DNA of 54,637 nucleotides from Octopus sinensis (Eukaryota): NCBI RefSeq assembly GCF_006345805.1, contig NW_021833781.1, positions 1 to 54,637 of the forward strand, read 5' to 3'. Shown piece by piece: positions 1 to 11,167 of this stretch (position 1 is its first letter; each line of letters starts with the position of its first letter). The notes under the pieces were generated by a model. It saw only the letters and a program-made list of their open reading frames with translations, ran no database searches and was not told where the DNA came from. The position numbers and the translations under genes were made by a program.

Positions 1-215
1 GACGGGCGTTGTGAGTGTTTATTGAGCGAAAACACCAAAAGCTCCACGAGGCCCGGCAGGGGGTGGTGATCCCTGCTGTACTCTTTCACCACTCTTTCTT
101 CTGTTGGCCTGCTCGCTTAGCCAGCGGGGTGGCGTCATTCGAAGGCTAAAACAATGCGAACGCATTGTGACCAGCGATGTGTAACTACATCTGATGGACT
201 GGTCGGTCACGTGAT
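1..215 (+). mobile_element. SINE family C variant, 5' part cut by the window edge
   Basis: gggcgttgtgagtgtttattgagcgaaaacacc...ctctttcaccac matches the family C body; a different 3' tail ends in (GAT)n. Confidence 0.7.
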
Positions 216-243
216 GATGATGATATATATATATATATATATA

Positions 244-482
244 CAGGGTTGGCCAAAAGTCACCTGACAGTTAATCAAAACCACTTAATTCCAAGTTTGT
301 TTATGTTTAACAACTGAATGAGACTTCGCTAATAAACAAATGTTGGAAAAAACAAAAACGCGATTTTAACTCACAGCATTCAATTAGTAAACATTCATAA
401 TTGGAATGAATTAAAAAAAAAAAATTAAATATTAAGTATTTATGGAATTTTGATTTACTGTCCTGTCTTTTGGCCAACCCTG
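244..482. mobile_element. Tc1/mariner-type MITE
   Basis: TIRs cagggttggccaaaag / cttttggccaaccctg with further imperfect match, flanked by TA, inside a (TA)n tract. Confidence 0.8.
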
Positions 483-492
483 TATATATATA

Positions 493-545
<53 letters not shown>

Positions 546-613
546 CATACATACATATATACATACATTACATGCATACATACGTACATACGTACATACG
601 TACATACATCTAT

Positions 614-683
<70 letters not shown>

Positions 684-690
684 GTCTGTC
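483..690. repeat. Compound microsatellite (TA)n-(TACA)n-(TCTA)n
   Basis: Direct reading. Confidence 0.95.
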
Positions 691-724
691 TTCTGTTTGT
701 CTGTGTGTCTGTCTATGAGTGTCT

Positions 725-884
725 GCGCAGTCACAACAGCGTGGCATGAAGCTTGCTTCCCAAACGCATGGTTTGGGGTTCAGTCCTACTGCGTAGCACC
801 CTGGACACGTGATTGTTACTACAGCCTCGGGCGGACCAAAGCTTTGTGAAAGCATTTAGTAGGCAGAAAAAGGAAAGAACTCCG
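725..884 (+). mobile_element. Degenerate SINE family A 5' half
   Basis: Diverged match to the gcttgcttcccaa...cagtcc.actgcgt...gaccaaagctttgtga head/core. Confidence 0.6.
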
Positions 885-971
885 GTGTGTGTGTGTGTGT
901 GTGTGTGCGTGTGTGTACATATGTATATGTTCGTACACACACTCACGTATGTGAATATAAACATGTTTATA

Positions 972-1108
972 TTTCTTTATTGCCCACAAGGGGCTAAACA
1001 TAGAGAGGACAAATAAGGACACCGAAAGGGATTAAGTCGATTACATCGACCCCAGTGCGTAACTGGTACTTTATTTATCGACCTCGAAAGGATGAAAGGC
1101 ATCGGGAC
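972..1108 (-). mobile_element. 5'-truncated SINE family B
   Basis: Family B body and tail, with a 21-bp TSD gtgaatataaacatgtttata at 951-971 and 1109-1129. Confidence 0.85.
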
Positions 1109-1171
1109 GTGAATATAAACATGTTTATACGATAGAGCTGTGTATAACACTATTTTAATAATTGAGCTACA

Positions 1172-1251
1172 TTGTAGTGCACCTGAGCACTTTGTAGTGC
1201 ACCTGAGCACTTTGTAGTGCACCTGAGCACTTTGTAGTGCACCTGAGCACT
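1172..1251. repeat. 20-bp tandem repeat x4 (ttgtagtgcacctgagcact)
   Basis: Four consecutive identical units, no spacers. Confidence 0.95.
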
Positions 1252-1496
1252 GTACACAATTATTATTATTATTATGTAAAACGCACACACACACATACAG
1301 TTACTCGTATCCATTAATCTAACATTTGAATAGTAAAATATGACACGTAGTAAAGAAACTAGGGACGCACGTTAACAATAAACTGCAGCATAAGCCCCGA
1401 TACCACCCTATTTCGATTCCCGTTTTTTTTTTTTTTTTTTACCAAGAATCGAAACTCAGTTGTAGAATGGTTATCAATGGAATCGAAATACGACAT

Positions 1497-1840
1497 AGCG
1501 CAGGAGTGGCTGTGTGGTAAGTAGCTTGCTTACCAACCACATGGTTCCGTTTTCAGTCCCACTGCGTGGCACCTTGGGCAAGTGTCTTCTACTATAGCCT
1601 CGTGCCGACCAAAGCATTGTGAGTGGATTTGGTAGACGGAAACTGAAAGAAGCCTGTCGTATATATATATATGCTGGTATGTTTACGTCCCCGTAACTTA
1701 GCGGTTCGGCAAAAGAGATCGATAGAATAAATACTAGGCTTAGAAAGAATAAGTCCTGGGGTCGATTTGCTCGACTAAAAGGTGGTGCTCCAGCATGGCC
1801 ACAGTCAAATGACTGAAACAAGTAAAAGAGTAAAAGAGTA
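1497..1840 (+). mobile_element. SINE family A (tRNA-like head, CORE-like domain, internal microsatellite, (GTAAAAGA)n tail)
   Basis: Head gcgcaggagtggctgtgtggtaag, B-box-like sequence, CORE-like ttgggcaagtgtcttct, 8-nt tandem tail; many copies in the window. Confidence 0.85.
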
Positions 1841-1844
1841 TGTA

Positions 1845-2850
1845 GGGATCTTTTCTTTTTGAAGGCCAGATTTTCCTAGTTAACTAAAAAATTTGAAACT
1901 TCGTATACTGGTAGAATGTGTCAAAAGAAAACATTATTGTAAACAAAATTGAAAACAAAATTGTAATTGGTAACTTAAATGTAGTTTAATTTTAAGAATT
2001 TTAACCAATGAAATCGCAGCATTCGAGCTCAAATTATTTACCTCTTCTTCTGTCTTCTACATGTGCTAGAAATAACAGCTATATCTCTTAAATCGATTAA
2101 TTTCGTCGCCCAATAAAAATATTAACGATATTTTTTGAATATTTTCTTTCTTTTTTTTTTACCGAAAAGGCTTCTCCCATGGTTTTGAAGGGCCAGAAAC
2201 AACAAAAGCAAAACAATAATATGCCTAAATCGGTCTCGAGTTTGCGCGTGGAGTGTTAGTAGTATTATAAAAATTTGCGAAATATTTTTCATAAAAGGAT
2301 GCCCCCAGCTGTCGGAAGCTGTGATATAAATTGGAAAAAAAATCCTCGACACCAGTGCGTAATTGGTACTTAATTATCGACCCCCCGAAACGATGAAACA
2401 TTGACCCCACCCCCCTTCTGTGCAAATTTGTTGCGGCAAGTGGCAAAACACGAACGTGTATTTTTGCTTGTGTGCGTATGTGTGTGTATGTATATGTCCG
2501 TTTGTATATGTGTGTACGCTTATATATTAATTACTATGTGCTTGTGCAAATGTGCGTGTGTGTGTGTGCGTGTGTGTGTGTGTGTTGTCGTGTGTGTCGT
2601 GCGTCTGCTATATTTCTTTATCAATATCGATAACGCAGCAATGTTGGGATTTCATTGGTTAAAGTTCGAAGATGTTGGGATTTCATTGGTTAAAATTCGT
2701 AAAAATTAAACTACGTTTAAGTTACAAATTACAATTTTGTTTTCAATTTTGTTTACAATAATGTTTTCTTTTGACACATTCTACCAGTATACGAAGTTTC
2801 AAATTTTTTAGTTAACTAGGAAAATCTGGCCTTCAAAAAGAAAAGATCCG
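1845..2850. mobile_element. Non-autonomous DNA transposon with ~180-bp terminal inverted repeats
   Basis: 1845-~2022 is the near-perfect reverse complement of ~2672-2850; TA on both sides. Confidence 0.8.
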
Positions 2851-3059
2851 TATATAGTCTATTAAATTTTTTTTTTGGTATGACTGGTAAGTGTTTCATC
2901 TACTCTGGAAGCACGAAAAGCTAAGAGGAATTCGGTGAAATTCGAATTTAGAATGTTAAAGAACATAGTTTAATACCAGAACGCATTTAAGATTGACGCT
3001 AAAGGATTACGATCATGAAATAACATTACAACAGAACAACAGAGTTATTAAAGGTTTTA

Positions 3060-3478
3060 GGCACGCAGGCTGTGTGGTAAGAAGCTTGCTTCCCAACCAC
3101 ATGGTTCCGGGTTCAGTCCCACCGCGTGGCACCTTGGGCAAGTGTCTTCCACTATAGCCTCGGGCCGACCAAAGCTTTGTGAGTGGATTTAGTAGACGGA
3201 AACTGAAAGAAGCCCGTCGTATATATGTATATATCTATGCGTGTCTGTGTCTGTGTTTGTCCCCCCAAACATCGCTTGACAACCGATGCTGGTGTGTTTA
3301 CGCCCCCGTTACTTAGCAGTTCGGCAAAAGAAACCGATAGAATAAGTACTGGGCTTACAAAGAATAAGTCCCGGAGTCGATTTCTTTGACTAAAAACCTT
3401 CAAGGCAGTGCTCCAGCATGGTCGCTGTCAAATGATTGAAACAAGTAAAAGAATAAAAGAATAAAAGAATAAAAGAAT
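3060..3478 (+). mobile_element. SINE family A
   Basis: Full head-core-microsatellite-tail structure with an (AATAAAAG)n tail. Confidence 0.85.
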
Positions 3479-3492
3479 ATAGATTGTCTTAC

Positions 3493-5683
3493 TGTCTTTC
3501 CTGCCAGTAGTTTCCTCTTTTTTATCAGCCTTTACATCTTCAGTTTTCTTCTCTTCATCTGATTTTGACATTCTCCTTTCCGCCGGTTTTTCGGCAGGTT
3601 TTGGCACCGGCTTCTCTTCTTTTTTTCTTTGGTTGGGTTGTCTGTTGGTTTGGTTGTTGCTGCCGGTTCCGGTTTTTTCGAAACTTCCAGTTCACTTTTC
3701 TTTGGTTCAGGTTTTTTCGAAACTTCCAGTTCACTTTTCTTTGGTTCAGGTTTTTTCGAAACTTCCAGCTCACTTTTCTTTGGTTCAGGTTTTTTCTCAA
3801 TAACTTCAATCTTTGGTGGTGGCATACTTTGTCTTGAAGCTGGCGCAGTTGGTTTTGAAGCTGGTACACCTTGTTTTGATGCTGGCGCACTTTGTTTTGG
3901 CGCTGGCCCGCTTGGTCTTGGAGGTGGGGCTCTCTTTGGGTCTGTGATCGGTGGAGGCCTCGTTGGTGGTGGAACCACTTTTTTCGGGGGCGGTCTAGTT
4001 GGTTCTTGGGATCTTGACTTTCTAGGATCAGTTGCTTTAACAATATCAGCTTTAGCCGGTGTGTAAGAACTGTGCGTGGCTTTTGGAGAAAGTGGAGGCC
4101 CGCCGATGGGGTTGTAACCAAATTGTCGCGGCTTTTCAGAAGCACTCGTAACAGGAGGTTTCGCTGTCGGTATAAAGGAGATTGGACTAGTTGGAGGGAC
4201 ATAGTTATGCTTTCTCTCAGTTAAAGGTGATTTTACGATTTTAGGTGATGCCGGAGTTCCACCGACTGGATTGTAACCATATTTTCCAGCAGTAGAAGTT
4301 TCTTGCTTTTTCGCTGGCTGAACAACTGGTTGTGGTCTTGACCTTTTTGGTGAGGGAGGTGGACCTCCAACAGGTTTATAGCCATATTTGCCAGTCGTTT
4401 TGGGCTCTTCTTTTTTGGGTTGTGTTTGGCTTGCTGACACCTTGCTTTTCTTTGGTGAAGCCGGTGGACCACCAACTGGATTATAACCGTATTTTCCTGA
4501 TTGTGACTTTTCTGGCTTCGCGACAGGGTTCATAGGAGATTTCGGTTTATATGGAGCTTTGTGAACACTGACTGGTTTACCTGGTTCAGATTTTCCAGGC
4601 TCGGATTTTTTTGCGGTTGGTTTCCTATCATCACTTTTCTTCTCAACAGTTTTGCCAACACTTTTCTCGTCAGCTTTTTTGTCGCTAACTTTTCCACTTT
4701 CGGTTTTTTTCTCACCAGGCTTTTTCGCATCAGCTTTTTTTTCTTCGGTCTTTTTGGCATCGTCTTTTTTTTCTTCGGTCTTTTTGGCATCGTCTTTTTT
4801 TTCTTCGGTCTTTTTGGCATCGTCTTTTTTCTCTTCGGTTTTTTTGGGCTCAGCTTTTTTCTCTTCGGTCTTTTTCGCATCATCTTTCTTCTCTTCAACT
4901 TTAGGTGCTTCTGTTATAGTAATTACTGGGGGACCCGAAGGTGGTGGTGGTGGCCCTTGAGGACGTTGAGGCGGTGGGGCTCCGTAGGGATACATTTGCA
5001 TTCGCGGATCTTGAGGAGGGTATCCTGGTTGTCCTTGTGGTGGGGGTCCACCTGGTCTAGGAGCATACATTGGAGCTTGACCAGGTGGTCCCGGAGGCCT
5101 CTGTTGCATCGGTTGTTGTCCAGGTGGTGGATAAGGAGGATGTTGATAGGGTGGCCTTTGCATCGGAGGCTGGCCTGGTTGGCCTGGCGGTCCCGGCGGA
5201 CCTGGATATCTCGGAGGATATTGCATCGGCGGTTGACCAGGTTGTCCTGGCGGTCCAGGTGGTCCTGGAGGTCTTTGCATTGGAGGGCCTGGAGGGCCTG
5301 GAGGGCCTGGATGTCTTTGCATTGGAGGGCCTGGTGGGCCTGGAGGTCCTTGCATTGGAAGGCCTGGAGGTCCTTGCATTGGAGGGCCTGGAGGGCCTGG
5401 AGGTCTTTGCATTGGAGGACCTGGAGGGCCAGGGTATCGTGGAGGTGGTCCTTGAGCAGGATAATTCATAGGCGGTTGACCAGGAGGGCCTTGGGGACGA
5501 GGGGGACCATACGGAACTTGATAAGGCACTTGATGAGGCGGCTGGCCCGGGGTAGTCGGCGGTGTCATCGGCATGTTGTAAGGAACTCCAGGCGGTGGAC
5601 CCATCGGAAGACTTCCCGGTGGTGGCGGCTTAATGGGGTTCTGTTGAACAGCTGGCGCCGGAGGACTTGTTGTTGGCGGCATG
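3493..5683 (-). CDS. Large coding exon of an unidentified low-complexity protein (Pro/Gly/Gln/Met-rich N-part, Lys/Glu/Asp repeats, GYNPVGG..SPK repeats, Pro-rich C-part); ORF track 3532-5682, 716 aa
   Basis: 716-codon ORF with codon-level (30-nt and 39-nt) repeats. Minus-strand acceptor tttcatttcaccAG ends at 5684 and donor GTaaga starts at 3492. Adding one A to the A7 run (plus-strand T 3620-3626) keeps the frame open to the donor ([46 protein letters not shown]). Confidence 0.75.
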
Positions 5684-6074
5684 CTGGTGAAATGAAAGTT
5701 CGTTTCGTTTTACTTCAGTCAACTTGCTAGTCTGCTTATGTTGATGTTTGCAAAAACTTGCTAAGCAGATGATTGCCGTGTTGATGTGTCGACCACAGGT
5801 TCTCAATGATCTCGCTAGGACGACCAACTGAACATGCAATAGTAGATATTCGTTTCTCTAAGCTTAACATACAAAACAAAGCCGTAGACATACTTTGATT
5901 GGCCAACCAATCAAACAACAACAAAAATAATTCAACTTGCATTTCTGTTAGTAATCTCATCTAAGCAGATTAAAAACATAATAAACAAACAAAACAGAGG
6001 TTAAAATAATATAATCTGCAATAATATAAAAGACTGTAAAGCCCCGCCTATATGTTTCACATTGAAATAGTCGC

Positions 6075-6510
6075 TTAATATAATATAATAATAAGAATAA
6101 TAATAAAATAATAATAATAATAATAATGATAATAATATAATAATAATAATATAATGATAATAATAATAATAATAATAATAAGATATAATGATAATAATAA
6201 TAATAATATAATAATAATAATGATAATAATAATAATATAATAATAATGATAATAATAATAATATAATAATGAATAATATAATAATGATAAATAATTATAA
6301 TATAATAATGTAATATAATATATAATAATAATAATAATATTAATAATAATATATAATAATGAATAATAATGATAATAATAATAATAATAATAATATAATA
6401 ATGATAATATGATAATAATGATAATATAATAATAATAATAATATAATAATAATAAGATGATAATAATGATATAATAATGAAATAATAATAATAATAATAA
6501 TATAATGATA

Positions 6511-6560
<50 letters not shown>
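6075..6560. repeat. Degenerate (AAT)n tract
   Basis: Direct reading; irregular indels suggest decay or unpolished long-read sequence. Confidence 0.95.
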
Positions 6561-6561
<1 letters not shown>

Positions 6562-6562
<1 letters not shown>

Positions 6563-6778
6563 GGTTTCAAATTTTGCCTCAAGGACAAGAAATTTGGGGG
6601 AGGCGATGAACCGATTACATAGCCCCCAGTGTTTCACTAGTACTTAATTTATCGACCCCCGAAATAATGAAATGTAAAGTCAACCGTGGCGGAATTTGAA
6701 CTCAGAACGTAGCGACGGGCGAAATACCACTAAGCATTTCGTCCAGCGCGCTAACGATTCTGTCAGATCGACGCCTTA
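6562..6778 (-). mobile_element. SINE family B (B2 tail variant)
   Basis: Head ggcgtcgatctgacagaatcgttag, B-box gagttcaaattcc, tail ...caaaatttgaaacc. Confidence 0.8.
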
Positions 6779-6781
6779 ATA

Positions 6782-6830
<49 letters not shown>

Positions 6831-6832
<2 letters not shown>

Positions 6833-7380
6833 GCCCTGATGCAGTACCAGGTAGTGGCTCTCGTGGCTTCTAACCTTAACTGATTGGAAGTACTATCGTG
6901 TACATTGTTTTGTGTGGTATAAAAGATGGGCTACAGCAAATATTCTGCTCAATACCACAGATTTGTTTGTCAGTTGTTTAACCATAACCAGTTGAGCATG
7001 TCCCTTAGTGGCTGACGATATGTGCATCTCTGATCACGAACAGAAGTAGTAGGGGAGCATCATAGCCATGTGTTGAGAGGGATTCTTTGGGTTTGGATAA
7101 TTCACCTCTAGAACATGTGTTGTTCTTCAACATCCTTAAACAACCCTTATTCAGGGACCTTTGAGCGGGATGGGTACTCAACCTGAAGAAAATTCTAACT
7201 GGGCTCCACCTGCAAGGTCATGCACTGTTTATCTTGATATGAGATCACCATGTCGCGCACATATGGTTGTGATGCATGTGCCTGGTGTACCCTTATCAGA
7301 CAGGTAGTCATGATGGGTATACTGGGCTTCGTATATTTTACCCCAGTGTCACTTTGATGGCATGCACTGCTCTCTAACTC
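6831..7380 (+). mobile_element. 550-bp (AAT)n-embedded non-coding interspersed element, copy 1 (partial copy follows at 7391-7503)
   Basis: atgccctgatgcagtacc...ctctaactc with (AAT)n on both sides; homologous copies at 7859, 14178 and 14630. Confidence 0.85.
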
Positions 7381-7517
7381 AATAATAATAACTTTTGATT
7401 TTAACTGATTGGAAGTGTTATCATGTACACTGTTTTGTCTTAGTATAAAAGATAGGTTACAGCAAATATTCTGCTCAATACCATAGATTTGCTTGTCTGT
7501 TGCTTATTGTTCCCGGG

Positions 7518-7839
<322 letters not shown>

Positions 7840-7858
7840 CAATGGCTCTCACGGCATC

Positions 7859-8407
7859 ATGCCCTGATGCAATACCAGGCAGTGGCTCTCGTGGTTTCTG
7901 ATCTTAACTAATTGAAAGTGTTATCATGTACATTGTTTTGTCTTGGTATAAAAGATGGGCTACAGTAAATATTCTGCTCAATACCACAGATTTGCTTATC
8001 AGTTTCTTGACCTTAAACAGCTGAGCATGTCCCTTGGTAACTGACGATATTTGCATCTCTGATCACGAGAAGTAGTTGGAGAGCTATGTGTTGAGAGGAA
8101 TTATTGGGGGTTTGAATAATTCACTTTTGGAAACATGGATGTTTTGTTCAGCATCCTTAAACAACCCTTATTCAGGGACCGTTTGAGCGGGATGGGCTAC
8201 TCAACCTGAAGAAAATTCTAACTGGGCCCCACCTGCAAGGTCATGTGCTGTTTATCTGGATATGAGATCACCATGTCGCGCACATATGGTTGTGATGCAT
8301 GTGCCTGGTGTACCCTTATCAGACAGGTAGTCATGTTGGGTATACCGGGATTCCTATATTTTACCCCAGTGTCACTTTGATGGCATGCACTGCTCCTTTC
8401 CTCACTC
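7859..8407 (+). mobile_element. 550-bp (AAT)n-embedded element, copy 3
   Basis: Full-length homologue of 6831-7380 flanked by (AAT)n. Confidence 0.85.
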
Positions 8408-8426
8408 AATAATAATAATAATAATA

Positions 8427-8465
<39 letters not shown>

Positions 8466-8697
8466 TGATGATGACTCTCTGGCTGTCAATTCAATATCTG
8501 CCTCTTTCTACGATGCAACATGAATTCTGTCGGCCTACCATTTGAAACCTTCCAGGCGGCAGATCATGGCATGAACTAACTTATCAAAATAAATTCTCAC
8601 CCCCTCCGGAAAATGACAATGCCTGGAACCTCTAAACCTTATCCAAGGGACCAGACAGCTGGTTAACCCAGTACACTTATAGCACGGCCCTGGATCT

Positions 8698-9023
8698 GAG
8701 ACCCCCTTCGGTCATGACAGATCATGGGATTGCACCTAGAAAGTTATCCTTCCAGGCACAAGTCCGGGCAAGGTTGTTTATGGAAGACCAGCAGTCGCCC
8801 ATGAATACCGGCCTCCCCTCTCCATACCATTGATGCTATCCAAGGGAAAGGCAAAGGCCGATACAGCTTGGCACCTGTGACGTCGCAACTCATTTCTACA
8901 GCTGAGTGAACTGGAGCAACGTGAAATAAAGTGTCTTGCTCAAGAACACAACACGTAGCCCGGCCCGGGATTCGAGCTCACAACCTCAGAATCGTAAGCT
9001 CGACGCTCTAACCACTGAGCCAC
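8698..9023 (-). mobile_element. SINE family D (tRNA-Arg-like head plus CORE domain)
   Basis: Reverse strand gtggctcagtggttagagcgtcgagcttacgattctgaggttgtgagctcgaatccc, then ttcttgagcaagacactttatttcacgttgctccagttcactcagctgtagaaatgag. Confidence 0.8.
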
Positions 9024-9465
9024 TGATACCAACCATGGAAATACCCCCTAGAACCTGTGTCGTTCGAAGAACGCATTCATCAGTGACCTTAGGTTCTGAC
9101 ACTGAGCTCGAAAAGTTTTTAAATCAGGACCAACCTCCTCAAGAAATCAAACCAGATATATTCCCGAAACTGACGCTCAGGATCAACTACCAAACCTATC
9201 TCAAAGAAATAGAAATACAAGACAGAAATTGACTAAGGAGGAATATATCGAAGTTTTCATCTTATTATTATTATTCAACACTAAACCCAGGAACATCAAC
9301 CACGCAAAAAGAGTCTTACAATATCTGGAGGTTAAAAACTTACATAGAAACCTTAGCACTGCTTGGATAGATTGCAAGAAGGCTTTTGACAGTGACCCCC
9401 ATGCATGGATCATTAAAACCCTGGAAATTTACAATATAGCTCCAGCAATTGTGAACTTTTTAACA

Positions 9466-9890
9466 TAGTAGGAGTGGCTGTGTGGTAAGTAGCTTGCTAA
9501 CCAACCACATGGTTCCGGGTTCAGTCCCACTGCGTGGCATCTTGGGCAAGTGTCTTCTGCTATAGCCCCGGGCCGACCAATGCCTTGTGAGTGGATTTGG
9601 TAGACGGAAACTGAAAGAAGCCTGTCGTATATATGTATATATATATATATATATAAGTGTGTGTGTATATGTTTGTGTGTCTGTGTTTTTCCCCCTAGCA
9701 TTGCTTGACAACCGATGCTGGTGTGTTTACCTCCCCGTCACTTAGCGGTTCGGCAAAAGAGACCGATAAAATAAGTACTGGGCTTACAAAGAATAAGTCC
9801 CGGGGTCGATTTGCTCGACTAAAGGCGGTGCTCCAGCATGGCCGCAGTCAAATGACTGAAACAAGTAAAAGAGTAAAAGAGTAAAAGAGT
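9466..9890 (+). mobile_element. SINE family A inserted in the R4-like LINE
   Basis: Complete structure with (GTAAAAGA)3 tail. Confidence 0.85.
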
Positions 9891-10128
9891 AGGCTGTACA
9901 CGAAACTAATAAACTAGGAGCTGTGAGACGCGATATTCTAAAAAATAAAAGACTGACTAACAGCGAAATTGACAAAAGAGTCAGATCAGTCAAAAGTCAG
10001 TTCAGTATAAAACACACTTATACCCACAGGCAAAAAGCTCTGAAATCACTAACTGAAACCAGCAAACTAGGTACACAGAACCTTATGAAAGTGGATCATC
10101 AGTTCATACTAAAAACACTAAAAATCAT

Positions 10129-10493
10129 AGGCGTAAGAGTGGCTGTGTGGTAAGTAGCTTGCTAACGATCAACATGGTTCCGGGTTCAGTCCCACTGCGT
10201 GGAACCTTCGGCAAGTGTCTTCTACTATAGCCTTGGGCCAACCAAAGCCTTGTGAGTGGATTTGGTAGACGGAAACTGAAAGAAGCCCATCGTATATATG
10301 TATGTATATGTGTATGTGTGTGTATATGTTTGTGTCTGTGTTTGTCCTCCCCTCCACCATTGCTTGACAACCGATGCTGGTGTGTTTACGTCCCCGTAAC
10401 TTAGCGGTTCGGCAAAAGAGACCGATAGAATAAGTACTAAGCTTACAAAGAATAAGTCCCGCAGTCAAATGACTGAAACAAGTAAAAGAGTAA
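10129..10493 (+). mobile_element. SINE family A (internal deletion near tail)
   Basis: Homology to other A copies. Confidence 0.85.
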
Positions 10494-10915
10494 ATGATCA
10501 GGTCAGCAATGAACTGTTCGATGGAATACTAGAACAATATCTAATACAACTACATCGACCTTTCCACGAAAGAGCCCCACTTCCTAGAATTATAGATATT
10601 AATAAGAACGGAAAAGTAATCAAAGAAGTTGATTAAGCACTTGGAAAGCCTTACACGACAACTCCTTGAGAATTGTTGAGGAAATGCCCTCAAAGTGATC
10701 GGCAAATAATCTAAGAGCAGATATATATTTTCTACTTGAAGCAAGTAAAGGGAAAACTAATAAACCCAACAAACTAATAAGAATAATTGCTAAGCATGAC
10801 CTTTACAAGAAAACAAAAGGATATACAGATTGAAATCCTCAAACAAAAACTACAATTAATAACCAGACGACTGGCAAGATATAAAAAACGCTCAGCTGGT
10901 GTGTTTACGCCCCCG

Positions 10916-11167
10916 TAAAAGTCGAAGCGCAGGCGTACCAGCTTGGCCAACCAGCGGTTGGGACAAGGGACGACGGTCAAGCGGTAATAGATGACGGATG
11001 CGATGTATGCATTCGCCACCTCTGCTCGACCTTTCAGGGACAGCTTTCTCTCGGCCCATTTCTGGGTGAGATGTGTCACCCTGCTCGTCACTTCTTCCCA
11101 GTTTTTATCCACCTGGAGGTCCGGACCGAACCAGACCCCGAGCAGTTTAACGGGTCCGTCTGTCCAA
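10916..11167 (-). mobile_element. Tx1/L1-clade LINE RT fragment
   Basis: WTDGPVKLLGVWFG...KLSLKGRAEVANAYIASVIYYRL; near-identical to ~13685-13932. Confidence 0.8.

Noticed and set aside
1172-1251. CRISPR-like palindromic repeats
   Set aside because: Units are contiguous with no spacers, the context is eukaryotic, and there are no cas genes.
3555-5730. Overlapping and antisense ORFs (215, 145, 389, 133, 122 aa)
   Set aside because: Shadows of the repetitive Pro/Lys-rich exon in other frames.
5957-6637. Hydrophobic Tyr/Ile/Leu-rich ORFs resembling membrane proteins
   Set aside because: Translation of a degenerate (ATT)n tract.
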